DNA of 64,000 nucleotides from Elusimicrobiota bacterium (lineage in GTDB: Bacteria; Elusimicrobiota; Elusimicrobia; UBA1565; UBA9628): positions 256,172 to 320,171 of the forward strand of contig JACRDQ010000030.1 in assembly GCA_016218545.1 (NCBI GenBank), written 5' to 3'. This document shows, piece by piece, positions 8,171 to 17,255 of this stretch. The notes beneath the pieces are model-generated. The model had not been told where the DNA came from. It saw only the letters and a program-made list of their open reading frames with translations, and made no database searches. Both the position numbers and the translations under genes were made by a program. Every line of letters begins with the position of its first letter. Within the stretch, counting starts at the first letter, position 1.

Positions 8171-10285
8171 ATGGAAGAAGACAAGAACAAGAAACTGGCC
8201 TTACGCATCGCCTCGTTGTTGGACGACGTCTCGGAAACGCCGGAGCCCCGGGGCTCCGGCGCTCCGAGCCAGCCGGTCATCTCGCTGAGACCCGCCGTGG
8301 TGGAGGCCCTCCCCGCGGGCGCGGATCTCGGCTCTCCCGCGGTCCAGGCCCCTTCCGAGGTCCTGGCCTCGCCCGAGGTCGGGTCCGCTGTGATGGATAT
8401 CCTGCCCATCTGGGCTGACCCCGACTTTCCTGCGGAGCAGGCCGTGCCCGCGCCGGCCGAAGGGGCCGCGGCCAGCGCGGCCCCCAAGAGGTCCGTGCTG
8501 GTGGTCGACGATGACCGGGACTACCGGCGGATGGTCCGGGCCCTGCTTTCCGGCAACGGCTATGACGTCTACGAGGCCGAGGATGGGCGCCGGGCTCTGC
8601 AGTTGATCGCGCTGCACCGTCCGGACCTGGTGCTCGTGGACTTCAACATGCCGCGGATGAACGGCTACGAGATGATCCAGGAGGTGCGGAGCCGGTTCGA
8701 GACCCGCGCCATTCCGATCATCATGTTCACCGGCGCTTCCAACCGGAGCCACCTGCGGAGCCTGGGCATGGCTATCTCGGATTTCCTGGAGAAGCCGGTG
8801 TCCAATGTCAGGCTGCTGGAGAGCATCTCCAGCGTGCTCGGCGCGGAGCCGTCTCCCGAGCTCATGGGAGCGGAGTCCGCCCCGTCTCCCCGGATCGTTG
8901 CGCCGCCGAAGGCTCCGGAGACGACGCCGTCCCCGAAAGTCGTCGCAGCCGAAACCATGGCTGAGAAGCCTCCGGCGGCGCCGGCGGAGCCCGCTCCGAC
9001 GGGCCTGCCGCCGGAGCCGCTCGAAGAAGGGGACGAGGACGGGACCGAGCTCCTGCAGATCGAGGAGGAGAAGAAGGAGGAGGAGAGGCAGGAGGTCATC
9101 AGCCTCGAGCACCAGGCCAATGAGTCCCCGGTCATCAGCCAGGTGAACCGCATCCTCGTCAAGGCCGTGGGGATGCGCGCCTCCGACATCCACATCGAGC
9201 CTCAGGAGAAGCACATCACGGTCCGCGTGAGGGTCGACGGCACTCTCAAGCTCCTGTGCACCCTGCCCCTCTCCATCCATCCCCGCCTGAGCGCCCGCAT
9301 CAAGATCATGTCCAGCCTGGTCATCACGGAGAGACGCCTTCCCCAGGACGGGCAGTTCAAGACCCAGATCAGGGGCAGCCGGGTCGAGTTCCGGGTGAGC
9401 ACGCTCCCGTGCCTGCACGGCGAGAAGATCGTCATGCGCATCTTGGGCACCAGCAAGCTCAACGCCGATCTGGCCCAGATGAGCCTCCGTCCCCGCGACC
9501 TGGGCTGCGTGGAGAGGGCGCTCAGGACCCCTCACGGCCTCATCCTCGTGACCGGCCCCACCGGGAGCGGCAAGACCACCACCCTCTACACCATGATCAG
9601 CGTCCTCAACAAGCCCGAAGTCAACATCCTGACCGCCGAGGACCCCGTGGAGTACGAGGTGCCGGACATCTCGCAGGTCAAGGTCCTGCCGTCCATCGGC
9701 CTGACCTTCGAGTCCGCTCTGCGGGCCTTCCTGAGGCAGGACCCGGACATCATGCTCATCGGCGAGATCCGCGACCTGGAGACGGCCAACATCGCGGTCA
9801 AGGCCTCTATCACCGGACACCTGGTCTTCTCCACCCTGCATACCAACGGCGCCGTCGCCACCGTGACGAGGCTCGTCCACATGGGGGTGGCGCCCTATCT
9901 CGTCGCGGCCAGCGTCAAGCTCGTGGCGGCCCAGCGCCTGGTCCGGGACCTCTGCCCGTCCTGCAAGGTCCCCGGCGAGGTCTCCGACGACGAGAAGAAG
10001 TTCCTCGCGGAGGAGGAGGTCGCCAGGCTCCGATCCGTCTGGCGGAGCGCGGGGTGTCCCGCCTGCCATCAGACGGGGTACTCGGGGCGCTCGGCCCTCT
10101 TCGAGATCATGCCCCTGGACTCGGCGGCCATGCGCCAGCTCATCTGCGCCGGAGACAAGGCGGAGGAGCTCAACCGTCTGGCCCTTGCGGAGGGCATGAC
10201 CACCCTGCGGCAAGCCGCCTTGGAGGCGGTGGCGCGGGGCACGACCTCGTTGAGCGAGGCGCTCAAGGTCATGCTGGGGGGATGA
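8171..10285 (+). CDS. Response-regulator receiver fused to a GspE/PilB-family secretion ATPase
   Basis: REC domain (VLVVDDDRDY ... DLVLVDFNMPRMNGYEM ... IPIIMFTGA). Pro/Ala-rich linker. GspE N2 domain, Walker A GPTGSGKTT, and a C-terminal tetracysteine motif CPSC...CPAC. ATG at 8171; TTG at 8138 is an alternative. Confidence 0.85.
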   Translation: MEEDKNKKLALRIASLLDDVSETPEPRGSGAPSQPVISLRPAVVEALPAGADLGSPAVQAPSEVLASPEVGSAVMDILPIWADPDFPAEQAVPAPAEGAAASAAPKRSVLVVDDDRDYRRMVRALLSGNGYDVYEAEDGRRALQLIALHRPDLVLVDFNMPRMNGYEMIQEVRSRFETRAIPIIMFTGASNRSHLRSLGMAISDFLEKPVSNVRLLESISSVLGAEPSPELMGAESAPSPRIVAPPKAPETTPSPKVVAAETMAEKPPAAPAEPAPTGLPPEPLEEGDEDGTELLQIEEEKKEEERQEVISLEHQANESPVISQVNRILVKAVGMRASDIHIEPQEKHITVRVRVDGTLKLLCTLPLSIHPRLSARIKIMSSLVITERRLPQDGQFKTQIRGSRVEFRVSTLPCLHGEKIVMRILGTSKLNADLAQMSLRPRDLGCVERALRTPHGLILVTGPTGSGKTTTLYTMISVLNKPEVNILTAEDPVEYEVPDISQVKVLPSIGLTFESALRAFLRQDPDIMLIGEIRDLETANIAVKASITGHLVFSTLHTNGAVATVTRLVHMGVAPYLVAASVKLVAAQRLVRDLCPSCKVPGEVSDDEKKFLAEEEVARLRSVWRSAGCPACHQTGYSGRSALFEIMPLDSAAMRQLICAGDKAEELNRLALAEGMTTLRQAALEAVARGTTSLSEALKVMLGG

Positions 10286-10286
10286 T

Positions 10287-11048
10287 ATGCCCGGCATGCC
10301 GTTGGTCGAGGCCTTTCGGGGCGACCTCACGACCCAGGAGCTCTGTCGTCGGGGACGCCTCAAGCTCAGGCGTTTCGATCCTCCCGGCTACGCGGAGGCC
10401 GTCGCCTTCTTCTCGGACGCGCGGGAAGGCGATCCGGAGTGCGCGGTCTCCGTGGCCGCCCTGGCCGAAGCCTACTCGCACTGGGGTTTCGCGAGGAAGC
10501 TCATAGGGCAGGAGAGCGAGAGCTATTTCCTCCTGGCTTTCGAGAACGCCTGCTTGGCGCTGGAGATGGCCCCTGAACTCGCCGAGACGCACCGGGCCAT
10601 GGCCGTCTGCCTGAGGCACCGGCCGCGCCGCGGCCCCGAGCAGGGACTCGCCGAGGCGTCGGCAGCGGTGAGGATCAACCCTTACGACGCCATGTCCTGC
10701 TACGAGCTCTGGCGGGCGATGGGCCATGACCCCGAGTCACCCATGATCCACAAGGCCCTGGCGCTCGATCCCGCGCTGCTGACCGTCAACAATGACCTGG
10801 CGGTGTCGCTCATGGAAGCGGAGCGCGCCCAAGAGGCCGGCTTCCATCTGCGCCAGTGCCTGCGGGTCAATTACGAGAACGCGGTGGCCCGATACAACAT
10901 GGTCCTGCTCCTCGCCTGCCGCGGCAAGACCGAGCAGGCGCAGACCCTGCTCGAGGCCTGGCTGAAGGGGCCCGATTTCGAGCCGCTGGTGCGCAGCGGG
11001 AACGCGTCGCTGGCTGACCCGCGCTCCACGGGGGGGATCCTCTTATGA
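10287..11048 (+). CDS. TPR-like repeat hypothetical protein
   Basis: Start is adjacent to the upstream stop. Helical repeat (TPR-like) composition. Stop overlaps the kinase start at 11045. Confidence 0.6.
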   Translation: MPGMPLVEAFRGDLTTQELCRRGRLKLRRFDPPGYAEAVAFFSDAREGDPECAVSVAALAEAYSHWGFARKLIGQESESYFLLAFENACLALEMAPELAETHRAMAVCLRHRPRRGPEQGLAEASAAVRINPYDAMSCYELWRAMGHDPESPMIHKALALDPALLTVNNDLAVSLMEAERAQEAGFHLRQCLRVNYENAVARYNMVLLLACRGKTEQAQTLLEAWLKGPDFEPLVRSGNASLADPRSTGGILL

Positions 11049-13216
11049 ATCGCTTCCAATCTCCGAGCCAAGATGCCGGGGGCAAGACGCCCGATCAACT
11101 CGGCGCAGAGTTCGTCCTCGAGTTGGGAAGGGCCGTCAAGGTCGTGTCCCTGTACTACGCGAACCACCCGACCGCCCTTCAGACCCTCCGGCAAGTCCAC
11201 GCCATCCTGGAGCGGCTGTTGACCGGCCTTTCCGCGGGGCGCGTCACCTTCTCCCTGGCGGCCGGACGCTGGCTCAGGGATGGTTCCCCCCTGCCTGCCC
11301 CGGGTCCGGGCGCGGACTCCCTGCTCGGCGTGTTCGAGACCCACTCCATCGAGAGCCTCACCTTCCTGGGAGGCATCAGGCCCTTCGAGCTGGTCGCTCT
11401 GGCCGAGGTCGCGGCTTCCGTCCCGACGCGTCCGGGCCGCGCCGCGCTCCAGGAGTTCCTCCAGCAGAGAGGAGTGACCCACATCAAAGCGGACATCGAG
11501 CACTATTCCAAGGAGTCGGCTCCGCAGGGCTCGGACGGTTCCCTGGCGTCCGGCTTGCCGGCCGCCTCCTCGTCCGCTGCCAAGCCCCCTGTCGCGCCTT
11601 CCGTTCTCAGGCCTGCCGCGCCTGCGCCCGCTGGCAAGCCTTCAGCGCCTGCGTCCGCTGCCAAGCCCTCCGCGCCTGCGCCCGCTGGCAAGCCTTCGTC
11701 GCCTGCGCCCGCTGCCAAGCCCTCCGCGCCTGCGCCCGCTGGCAAGCCTTCGTCGCCTGCGCCCGCTGCCAAGCCCTCCGCGCCTGCGTCTGCTGCCAAG
11801 CTTGCCGCGCCGTCGCCTTCGGTCGCTCACAGCGTCCCGGCGCAGCCTCCCAAGCCGGCTCTCCCGCCCGTAGAGGTCCGTGCCTCCGCGGCCGGGATGT
11901 GGGGCCCGCCGTCGAGCCCTGCTCCCGACTCTCACGGGGACAGGCTTGGCGTCAGTTTCGGCAGCGTGCTTCGCAAGCTCGTGGAGACCGCGGTGCAGGA
12001 TCCCGACGAGAGGTCCCACATCTACGAGGACGTGGTGGCCATGGTCAAGGAGACCTTGGACCGCCACGTCGACCAGGCGACGCAGGCGCTCTCGGAGGAG
12101 AAGGCGCGCATCGTCAGGCAGGCCGCCAGGACCGAACGGGTGCTCACCACGGTGGCGGACGGAAAGTTCACCGTGGATAAAGAGGGAAGGGTCCTCATGA
12201 TGAACGCCAGCGCCGAGATGATCACGGGAAAGCGTCTGGCCGACCTCGCGGGCAAGCACATCACCGAGGGCGTCAAGGAGGGGGAGCACATGGTCGCGCT
12301 CGCCGAGGACCTGGCGTCCCCGGCCGTGGACGGAGCAGGGGTCACGGTCGTGGCCGATGAGGCGGTGGGCGGCGCCATGCGCCGCTCCCTGGCCCTGGTC
12401 CGAGACGACGCGGGCCGCGTGGTCGGCACGTACGCCTCCCTCCCCGACGCCGCCAAGTTCAAGGAAGCCCAGCGCCTGCAGGAGGAGTTCCTCTCCCGGG
12501 TGACGCACGACCTCCAGTCCCCGCTGGCCGCCATCTGCAGCGGACTCGAGCTCCTCGCGGACAAGGTCAGCTCCGTGGGCGGTCCCGAGACGGCCCAGTA
12601 CATCGACATCTGCATGCGCAACAGCCGTCACCTCTCGGGGATGATCCGCGAGATCCTCGATTTCTCGAAGCTCGACTCGGGCAAGATGACGGTGCACCCG
12701 GCCCCTGTCTCGGCCTCAAGCCTCCTCAAGGAGGCGGTGGAGAGCCTCCAGCCCTGGGCCAAGACCAGGAAGCTCCGCCTGGAAGCGCGTTCTGCCCACG
12801 CGGATTTCTCGGTGCTGGCGGACCAGCCGCGCGTCGTCCAGGTGCTGACCAACCTCATCTCGAACGCGGTCAAGTCCACAAAGGAAGGGGGCTCGATCAC
12901 CGTGGCGGCGGTCCCGGCAGCGGAGGACGGGCAGGGGATCTTCGCGGTGAAGGACACGGGGAGCGGGATCTCCCCTGAGGACCTCGGCCGCATCTTCGAG
13001 AAGTTCGTCCAGGTCGGGGACGGCCGCAGGGACGGGGTGGGACTCGGGCTTTCCATCGTCCAGGAGTTCGTCCGATTGCACGGCGGCGCGGTCTGGGCCG
13101 AGAGCGAGCCCGGCAAGGGTTCGGTGTTCTACTTCACGCTCCCCTTGTCGCAAGCCGGAGTCATCGGCCCCGCGGCGCAGGAGGTCCTGCCGCCTTCGGG
13201 GCGGCCCCGGCACTGA
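11045..13216 (+). CDS. Sensor histidine kinase (N-terminal unknown domain, Pro/Ala-rich tandem-repeat linker, PAS, HisKA, HATPase_c)
   Basis: H-box HDLQSPLAAI. N/G boxes NLISNAVKST, VKDTGSGIS, GLGLSIV. PAS-like segment DGKFTVDKEGRVLMMNASAEMITG. Confidence 0.88.
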   Translation: MNRFQSPSQDAGGKTPDQLGAEFVLELGRAVKVVSLYYANHPTALQTLRQVHAILERLLTGLSAGRVTFSLAAGRWLRDGSPLPAPGPGADSLLGVFETHSIESLTFLGGIRPFELVALAEVAASVPTRPGRAALQEFLQQRGVTHIKADIEHYSKESAPQGSDGSLASGLPAASSSAAKPPVAPSVLRPAAPAPAGKPSAPASAAKPSAPAPAGKPSSPAPAAKPSAPAPAGKPSSPAPAAKPSAPASAAKLAAPSPSVAHSVPAQPPKPALPPVEVRASAAGMWGPPSSPAPDSHGDRLGVSFGSVLRKLVETAVQDPDERSHIYEDVVAMVKETLDRHVDQATQALSEEKARIVRQAARTERVLTTVADGKFTVDKEGRVLMMNASAEMITGKRLADLAGKHITEGVKEGEHMVALAEDLASPAVDGAGVTVVADEAVGGAMRRSLALVRDDAGRVVGTYASLPDAAKFKEAQRLQEEFLSRVTHDLQSPLAAICSGLELLADKVSSVGGPETAQYIDICMRNSRHLSGMIREILDFSKLDSGKMTVHPAPVSASSLLKEAVESLQPWAKTRKLRLEARSAHADFSVLADQPRVVQVLTNLISNAVKSTKEGGSITVAAVPAAEDGQGIFAVKDTGSGISPEDLGRIFEKFVQVGDGRRDGVGLGLSIVQEFVRLHGGAVWAESEPGKGSVFYFTLPLSQAGVIGPAAQEVLPPSGRPRH
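11610..11800 (+). repeat. About three copies of a 60-nt tandem repeat inside the kinase gene, encoding P-A-P-A-G-K-P-S-(S/A)-P-A-(P/S)-A-A-K-P-S-A
   Basis: Near-identical 60-nt units are visible at 11612-11800 (gcctgcgcccgctggcaagccttc.tcgcctgcg.ccgctgccaagccctccgc). Confidence 0.8.
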
Positions 13217-13227
13217 CGCTCCCGGCC

Positions 13228-13242
13228 GGCCCGGCGCGGGCC
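13228..13242 (+). terminator. Perfect GC palindrome (ggcccggcgcgggcc) 12 nt after the kinase stop; possible terminator hairpin with no U-tract
   Basis: Seen in the sequence. No T-run follows. Confidence 0.3.
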
Positions 13243-13298
13243 TCCGGGCGACGTCATTGCGGGGGCGGGAACAAGTATGTTACCTTGAAGCCTCCCGC

Positions 13299-14021
13299 AT
13301 GAGCGATACCTGGTACCAGGAACTGGCCCTCCAGTTCGAGGACGGCACGACGGAGTCCGTTTTCCTGGACATGACCCGCAGCGGCAGGCACAAGCCGCGC
13401 GTGGCGGCCATGCCCGCCCCGTGGACGAAGCTGGAGTTCGAGCGCTGCCCGAGCTGCACGCTTCCTCCGGAGGCGGGCTGGTGCCCGGCCGCCCTCTCGC
13501 TGGAGGAGACCATCTCCAGGCTGAGCCAGCGGACCTCCATCGAGATCGTCACCGCGACCTCGGTGGACAGCGAGAACCGCTGTACGACCGTGAAGTGGCC
13601 CCTCCAGCAGGTGGGAGCGGCCTTCGTCCAGATCGCGGTCTTCTCCAGCGGGTGTCCGGTGGGAGCGCAGTTCCGGTCCATGCTCCAGGACCTGCGGCCC
13701 TTCTCCACGACCAAGGAGGTCGGCCGCCACATCGTGCTCAAGCACCTGCTGCGCCACGCCGGCTCGGTCGATGGGGCCAAGGCCGCGGTCCTCGCGAGGC
13801 TGGGGCCGCTCCGGGAGGTCTTCGGTCAGCTCTTCAAGCGCATCCAGGGCATCCCCCGCGGGGCCTCCCAGGACGCCATCCCGAACTCGATCGTGCACGT
13901 GCACGCCATGACCCAGCATCTGGAGCTCATGGTGGAGGACCTCGTGGAGGACCTCCTCAGGGAGACCCAGGTGCCGCCGACTCCGCAGCCCAAGAAGCCT
14001 CCGCCGGATCCGTCGACTTGA
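13299..14021 (+). CDS. Hypothetical protein (CxxC...C motif)
   Basis: Strong GC3 codon bias throughout. No recognisable domain. 3' end overlaps the convergent binding-protein gene by 65 nt. Confidence 0.6.
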   Translation: MSDTWYQELALQFEDGTTESVFLDMTRSGRHKPRVAAMPAPWTKLEFERCPSCTLPPEAGWCPAALSLEETISRLSQRTSIEIVTATSVDSENRCTTVKWPLQQVGAAFVQIAVFSSGCPVGAQFRSMLQDLRPFSTTKEVGRHIVLKHLLRHAGSVDGAKAAVLARLGPLREVFGQLFKRIQGIPRGASQDAIPNSIVHVHAMTQHLELMVEDLVEDLLRETQVPPTPQPKKPPPDPST

Positions 14022-15177
14022 ACTTCCGCTGGTTGTAGTCCGCCCGCGTCACCGTGATGAACCTCTTGGTGGTGTCGCCCTTGTGGTCGAAGACGATCGT
14101 CCCCATCATGCTCTCGTGGCGGATCTCCCTGAGGACGTCGAGGAGCGGCTTGCGGCGCTCGAGCGAGACGGCCAGGGCCGAGACGACCAGGCGTCCCGCC
14201 TCGTAGGCGTAGTGGTCGAAGGTCCTCGGCCCGGCGCCGCCCTCGGGGCGCTCCCGCCGGTAGCGCTCGACGAAGTCCCCGGCGCTGGGCAGGTGCTCCA
14301 CCGGGATGCCGCCCACCGTGAAGTACGCTCCGTGGACCGCGGGGCCGGCGATCTTGAAGATCTCGGGGGCCTTGGCGCCGTCGCCGGTCATGAAGGCTGC
14401 GGTCATGCCCTGGCCGCGCGCCTCCTTGACGATGCGCCCGGCCTCGTTGTAGTCCCCGCCGAAGAAGATGCCGTCCGGCTTGAACCGGGAGGCCCACTCG
14501 ACGACTTCCCTGAAATCCGCGGCGCCCTTGGCCACGGCCTCGGCCGCCACCACGCGGCCTCCCTTCTCCGTGAAGCGCTTGGAGAACTCCTCGGACAGGC
14601 CGCGGCCGTAGGCGGTGCCGTCGTGGAGGACCGCGAAGGCCCTGAGGTTGAGGCGGTCGTAGGCGAACTCCGCGGTGAAGGAGCCCTGGATGTCGTCGGC
14701 AGGCGGCAGGCGGAAGACCACGCGGGGCCAGGACCAGTCCGGCTTGGTCTGCTGGACCGTGAGTTCCGGGTTCGTGGCCGAGGGGGTGATCATGGGGATC
14801 CCGGCCTTGGCGTAGACGCGGGAGGCGGCCAAAGAGCAGCCCGAGGTGAGGTGGCCCACCACGGCCTTGACCTTCGGGTCGGCGGCGATGCGCTCCGCCA
14901 CCCGCACGGCCTCCTCGGGCCGGGCCTGGTCGTCGAAGGCGCTGACCTCGATGCGGGTGGGGGGGAACTCGATGGGCTTGGCCTCGGCTGCGGCCATGCG
15001 CACCGCGGCCAGGAGGCCCTCGCCGTCGGCCGCCAATGGGCCGCTCAGGGGTGCTGCCACCGCGATGCGGACCGTCTTGGGCTCCCCGCCGCCGCAGGCC
15101 GCCAGCAGGGCCGCGAGCGCCAGGGCCTTGGCCCAGGCTGGCTGCGGCCGGCCGGCGGGGCGGGGGGGAGGCTTCAT
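13957..15177 (-). CDS. Branched-chain amino acid ABC transporter substrate-binding lipoprotein (LivJ/LivK-like, Peripla_BP_6)
   Basis: Lipobox LAACGGG. Type I periplasmic binding fold blocks (VKAVVGHLTSG, IPMITPSATNPELT, FFGGDYNEAG). GAGGGG RBS. Confidence 0.85.
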   Translation of the reverse strand: MKPPPRPAGRPQPAWAKALALAALLAACGGGEPKTVRIAVAAPLSGPLAADGEGLLAAVRMAAAEAKPIEFPPTRIEVSAFDDQARPEEAVRVAERIAADPKVKAVVGHLTSGCSLAASRVYAKAGIPMITPSATNPELTVQQTKPDWSWPRVVFRLPPADDIQGSFTAEFAYDRLNLRAFAVLHDGTAYGRGLSEEFSKRFTEKGGRVVAAEAVAKGAADFREVVEWASRFKPDGIFFGGDYNEAGRIVKEARGQGMTAAFMTGDGAKAPEIFKIAGPAVHGAYFTVGGIPVEHLPSAGDFVERYRRERPEGGAGPRTFDHYAYEAGRLVVSALAVSLERRKPLLDVLREIRHESMMGTIVFDHKGDTTKRFITVTRADYNQRKFKSTDPAEASWAAESAAPGSP

Positions 15178-15706
15178 CCCCTCAGGTAGAACCTCAGGTT
15201 CTCGACGAGGTCCACGGCCTTGCCGAGCTGGTACTGGCAGGACTCGAGCTCCTTGGCCAGCGAGTCCTCGGGGAGGCTCGCGCGCGCCTCCTCGGCCAGG
15301 AGTTTCAGCGAGGCCCCGGCGTTGACGAGGAGGCTCTTGAGCTCCCGGGTCATGACCGAGGCCGTCTGGTTGGCCGACTCCTCGCGCCGGGTCTGGTCGA
15401 GCGCGGTGTCGAAGGCCGTCTTCTGGGCCTGGGCCGCGGTCTCCTCGACCTCGGAGACCTTCATCCTGGAGGCGATGAGCGCGGCGTGCTCGCGCTCGAG
15501 GTCCCGGCGGACCTCGACGAGCTGGCTCTCGCAGCGCGCGACCTTGGCCCGGAGCTTGCCGATGAGCGCCTCGCGCTGGCGGATCGGGTCGAGGAGCTTG
15601 CGGATGCGCTCGACCGGGCCGCGGAGCGACTGGGGCAGGCGGCTGGAGAGCTCCTTGAGCGCGGCGTCGGCCCTCTCGAGCGCGGCCTGGCTGAACGCCA
15701 TGTTCA
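15174..15706 (-). CDS. Hypothetical coiled-coil protein
   Basis: Start at MNMAFSQ. Heptad-rich sequence. Stop overlaps the binding-protein start (ATGA). True start may be the second ATG (MAFSQ) if the transcript is leaderless. Confidence 0.55.
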
Positions 15707-15776
15707 TATTATGGCAAAAATACCCGGGAAAATGGGGAAAAGCCCGCCGGGTCGGGAAAAACATGATTTCCGTCAT

Positions 15777-15805
15777 TTGAATTAAACGTCCCAAACGGAT
15801 AAAAT
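15777..15805 (+). promoter_or_regulatory. Sigma70-like promoter TTGAAT-N17-TAAAAT in an AT-rich divergent intergenic region, upstream of the radical-SAM/prenyl operon
   Basis: Hexamers 15777-15782 and 15800-15805 with an exact 17-nt spacer. The 130-bp region is strongly AT-rich relative to its surroundings. Confidence 0.45.
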
Positions 15806-15839
15806 ATGTTTTGCCCTTGAGTTCTTCCGGGGCCTTCCA

Positions 15840-16805
15840 GTGCCGACCCGAACGCAGACGACGACCAGCCTCGAGGCTTCCCTGGGACGGGTGCGCGCAG
15901 GCATGCAAGCCCGCGCCAAGCGCATCTCCGGCCGCGTGGGCTCCGCCCTGGCCGAGCACGTGTCCCGGCCGGGCAAGATGCTCCGGGCGAGGTTCGCGGT
16001 CCAGGTCGGGGCCGCCCTCGGGGTGGCGCCGGGAAAGACCGAGACGGTCGCCCGCGCCATGGAGCTGGCGCACAACGCCTCTCTCCTCCACGACGATTGC
16101 GTCGACGACGCCTCCCTGCGTCGGGGCCTGCCCACGCCCAACAGCGTCTACGGCTCGACCGTGGCGCTCCTCCTGGGGGACATCGCCTTCACCCAGTCGC
16201 TCGAGGAGGCGCTCGAACTCGGCCCCAAGGCCGTGGAGCGCCTCGTGAGCGCGGCGCGCGAGATGGCCATCGGCGAGCTCCAGGAGGAGTTCCTGCGCGG
16301 CTCCGTGGACGTGACCCTCGAGTCCTACATGGGGGTCGCGGCGCGCAAGACCGGGGCCCTCTTCGAGTGGGGCGGCTTGACGCTCTCGGACCTAAGCCCC
16401 CTCGAGCACGCGGCCGCCGACCCCGCCAGGCTGGGCTCGGCGCTCGGCATCCTCCTGCAGATGGTCGACGACATCCACGACTACACCCTGACGGACGCCG
16501 TGGCCGGCAAGGAGCGGGCCAAGGACGCCAAGATCGGGCGCGTGACCCTTCCCGGGGTCTTTGCGCTCGCGGACGCCTCCCGCCGGGGGCGCTTCCTCGA
16601 GTTGTGGGCCGCGCTGCGCCGGGACCCGCGCGCCGCCTCGGACCTGGCGCGCTTCCTCGACGAGAGCGGGTCGCTCGACGAGGCCCGCGCCGAGTGCCGC
16701 AAGGTGGTCGGGACCATCCTCGAGCTGACCCGGCGCCTGCCGGTCCGGGGAGAGGTCGACGAGGTGGCCGAGTTCGTCTCGGCCATGGCCGAGAGGGAAT
16801 TCTGA
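15840..16805 (+). CDS. trans-Polyprenyl diphosphate synthase (IspA/IspB family)
   Basis: First Asp-rich motif LLHDDCVDDASLRRG and second motif QMVDDIHDY. GTG start at 15840; an ATG at M22 (15903) is an alternative. Confidence 0.85.
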   Translation: MPTRTQTTTSLEASLGRVRAGMQARAKRISGRVGSALAEHVSRPGKMLRARFAVQVGAALGVAPGKTETVARAMELAHNASLLHDDCVDDASLRRGLPTPNSVYGSTVALLLGDIAFTQSLEEALELGPKAVERLVSAAREMAIGELQEEFLRGSVDVTLESYMGVAARKTGALFEWGGLTLSDLSPLEHAAADPARLGSALGILLQMVDDIHDYTLTDAVAGKERAKDAKIGRVTLPGVFALADASRRGRFLELWAALRRDPRAASDLARFLDESGSLDEARAECRKVVGTILELTRRLPVRGEVDEVAEFVSAMAEREF

Positions 16806-17254
16806 TGGGCTACGCCGACCTCATCCGGCGGGCCTGGCGGACCGGGCGCTTCGCCGCCTCGGTCCGGTCGTCCGGGAAGAAGGGCGCCGCGGGCGTCCGT
16901 CCCGGGGAGAGCCGCGGCTCCATCCGCGGCGAGATGGAAGAGATCGTCCGCCGCGAGTCCGCCGACGCGCTCGGCTTCCTCGCGCCGCGCGGGGAGGGAA
17001 TCATGAAGCTCGCACCGTTCGTGAAATTCCGTGAAGAGAAGTTCGGCGCGGTCCTGTTCGAGACCCGTTCCGAGAAGGTGTTCACCCTCAATCCGACGGC
17101 CGCGGACGTGGTGCGGGAGCTCCTCGCCGGCGCCTCGGAGGGCGAGATCGGAGAGCGCCTCAAGGGCCGCTACAGCGACCCCTCGGGCAGGCTCGCCGAC
17201 GAGGCCAAGGCCCTCGTGCGCCAGCTCCGCGACAAGGGGCTCATCGCGGACTAG
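16805..17254 (+). CDS. PqqD-family RiPP recognition element protein with a 66-aa N-terminal extension
   Basis: The PqqD-like domain spans residues 67-149 (MKLAPFVKFREEKFGAVLFETRSEKVFTLNPTAADVVRELLAGASEGEIGERLKGRYSDPSGRLADEAKALVRQLRDKGLI). ATG at 16805 is coupled to the upstream stop (TGATG) and the frame has high GC3 throughout. An internal ATG at 17003 carries its own strong GGGAGGGA RBS. Confidence 0.75.
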   Translation: MGYADLIRRAWRTGRFAASVRSSGKKGAAGVRPGESRGSIRGEMEEIVRRESADALGFLAPRGEGIMKLAPFVKFREEKFGAVLFETRSEKVFTLNPTAADVVRELLAGASEGEIGERLKGRYSDPSGRLADEAKALVRQLRDKGLIAD

Positions 17255-17255
17255 C

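Noticed and set aside
8134-8418. Alternative-frame small ORFs at the start of the receiver-GspE gene (MIGDGG...)
   Set aside because: No domain and low-complexity sequence. The receiver-GspE frame has clear domain homology and GC3 bias.
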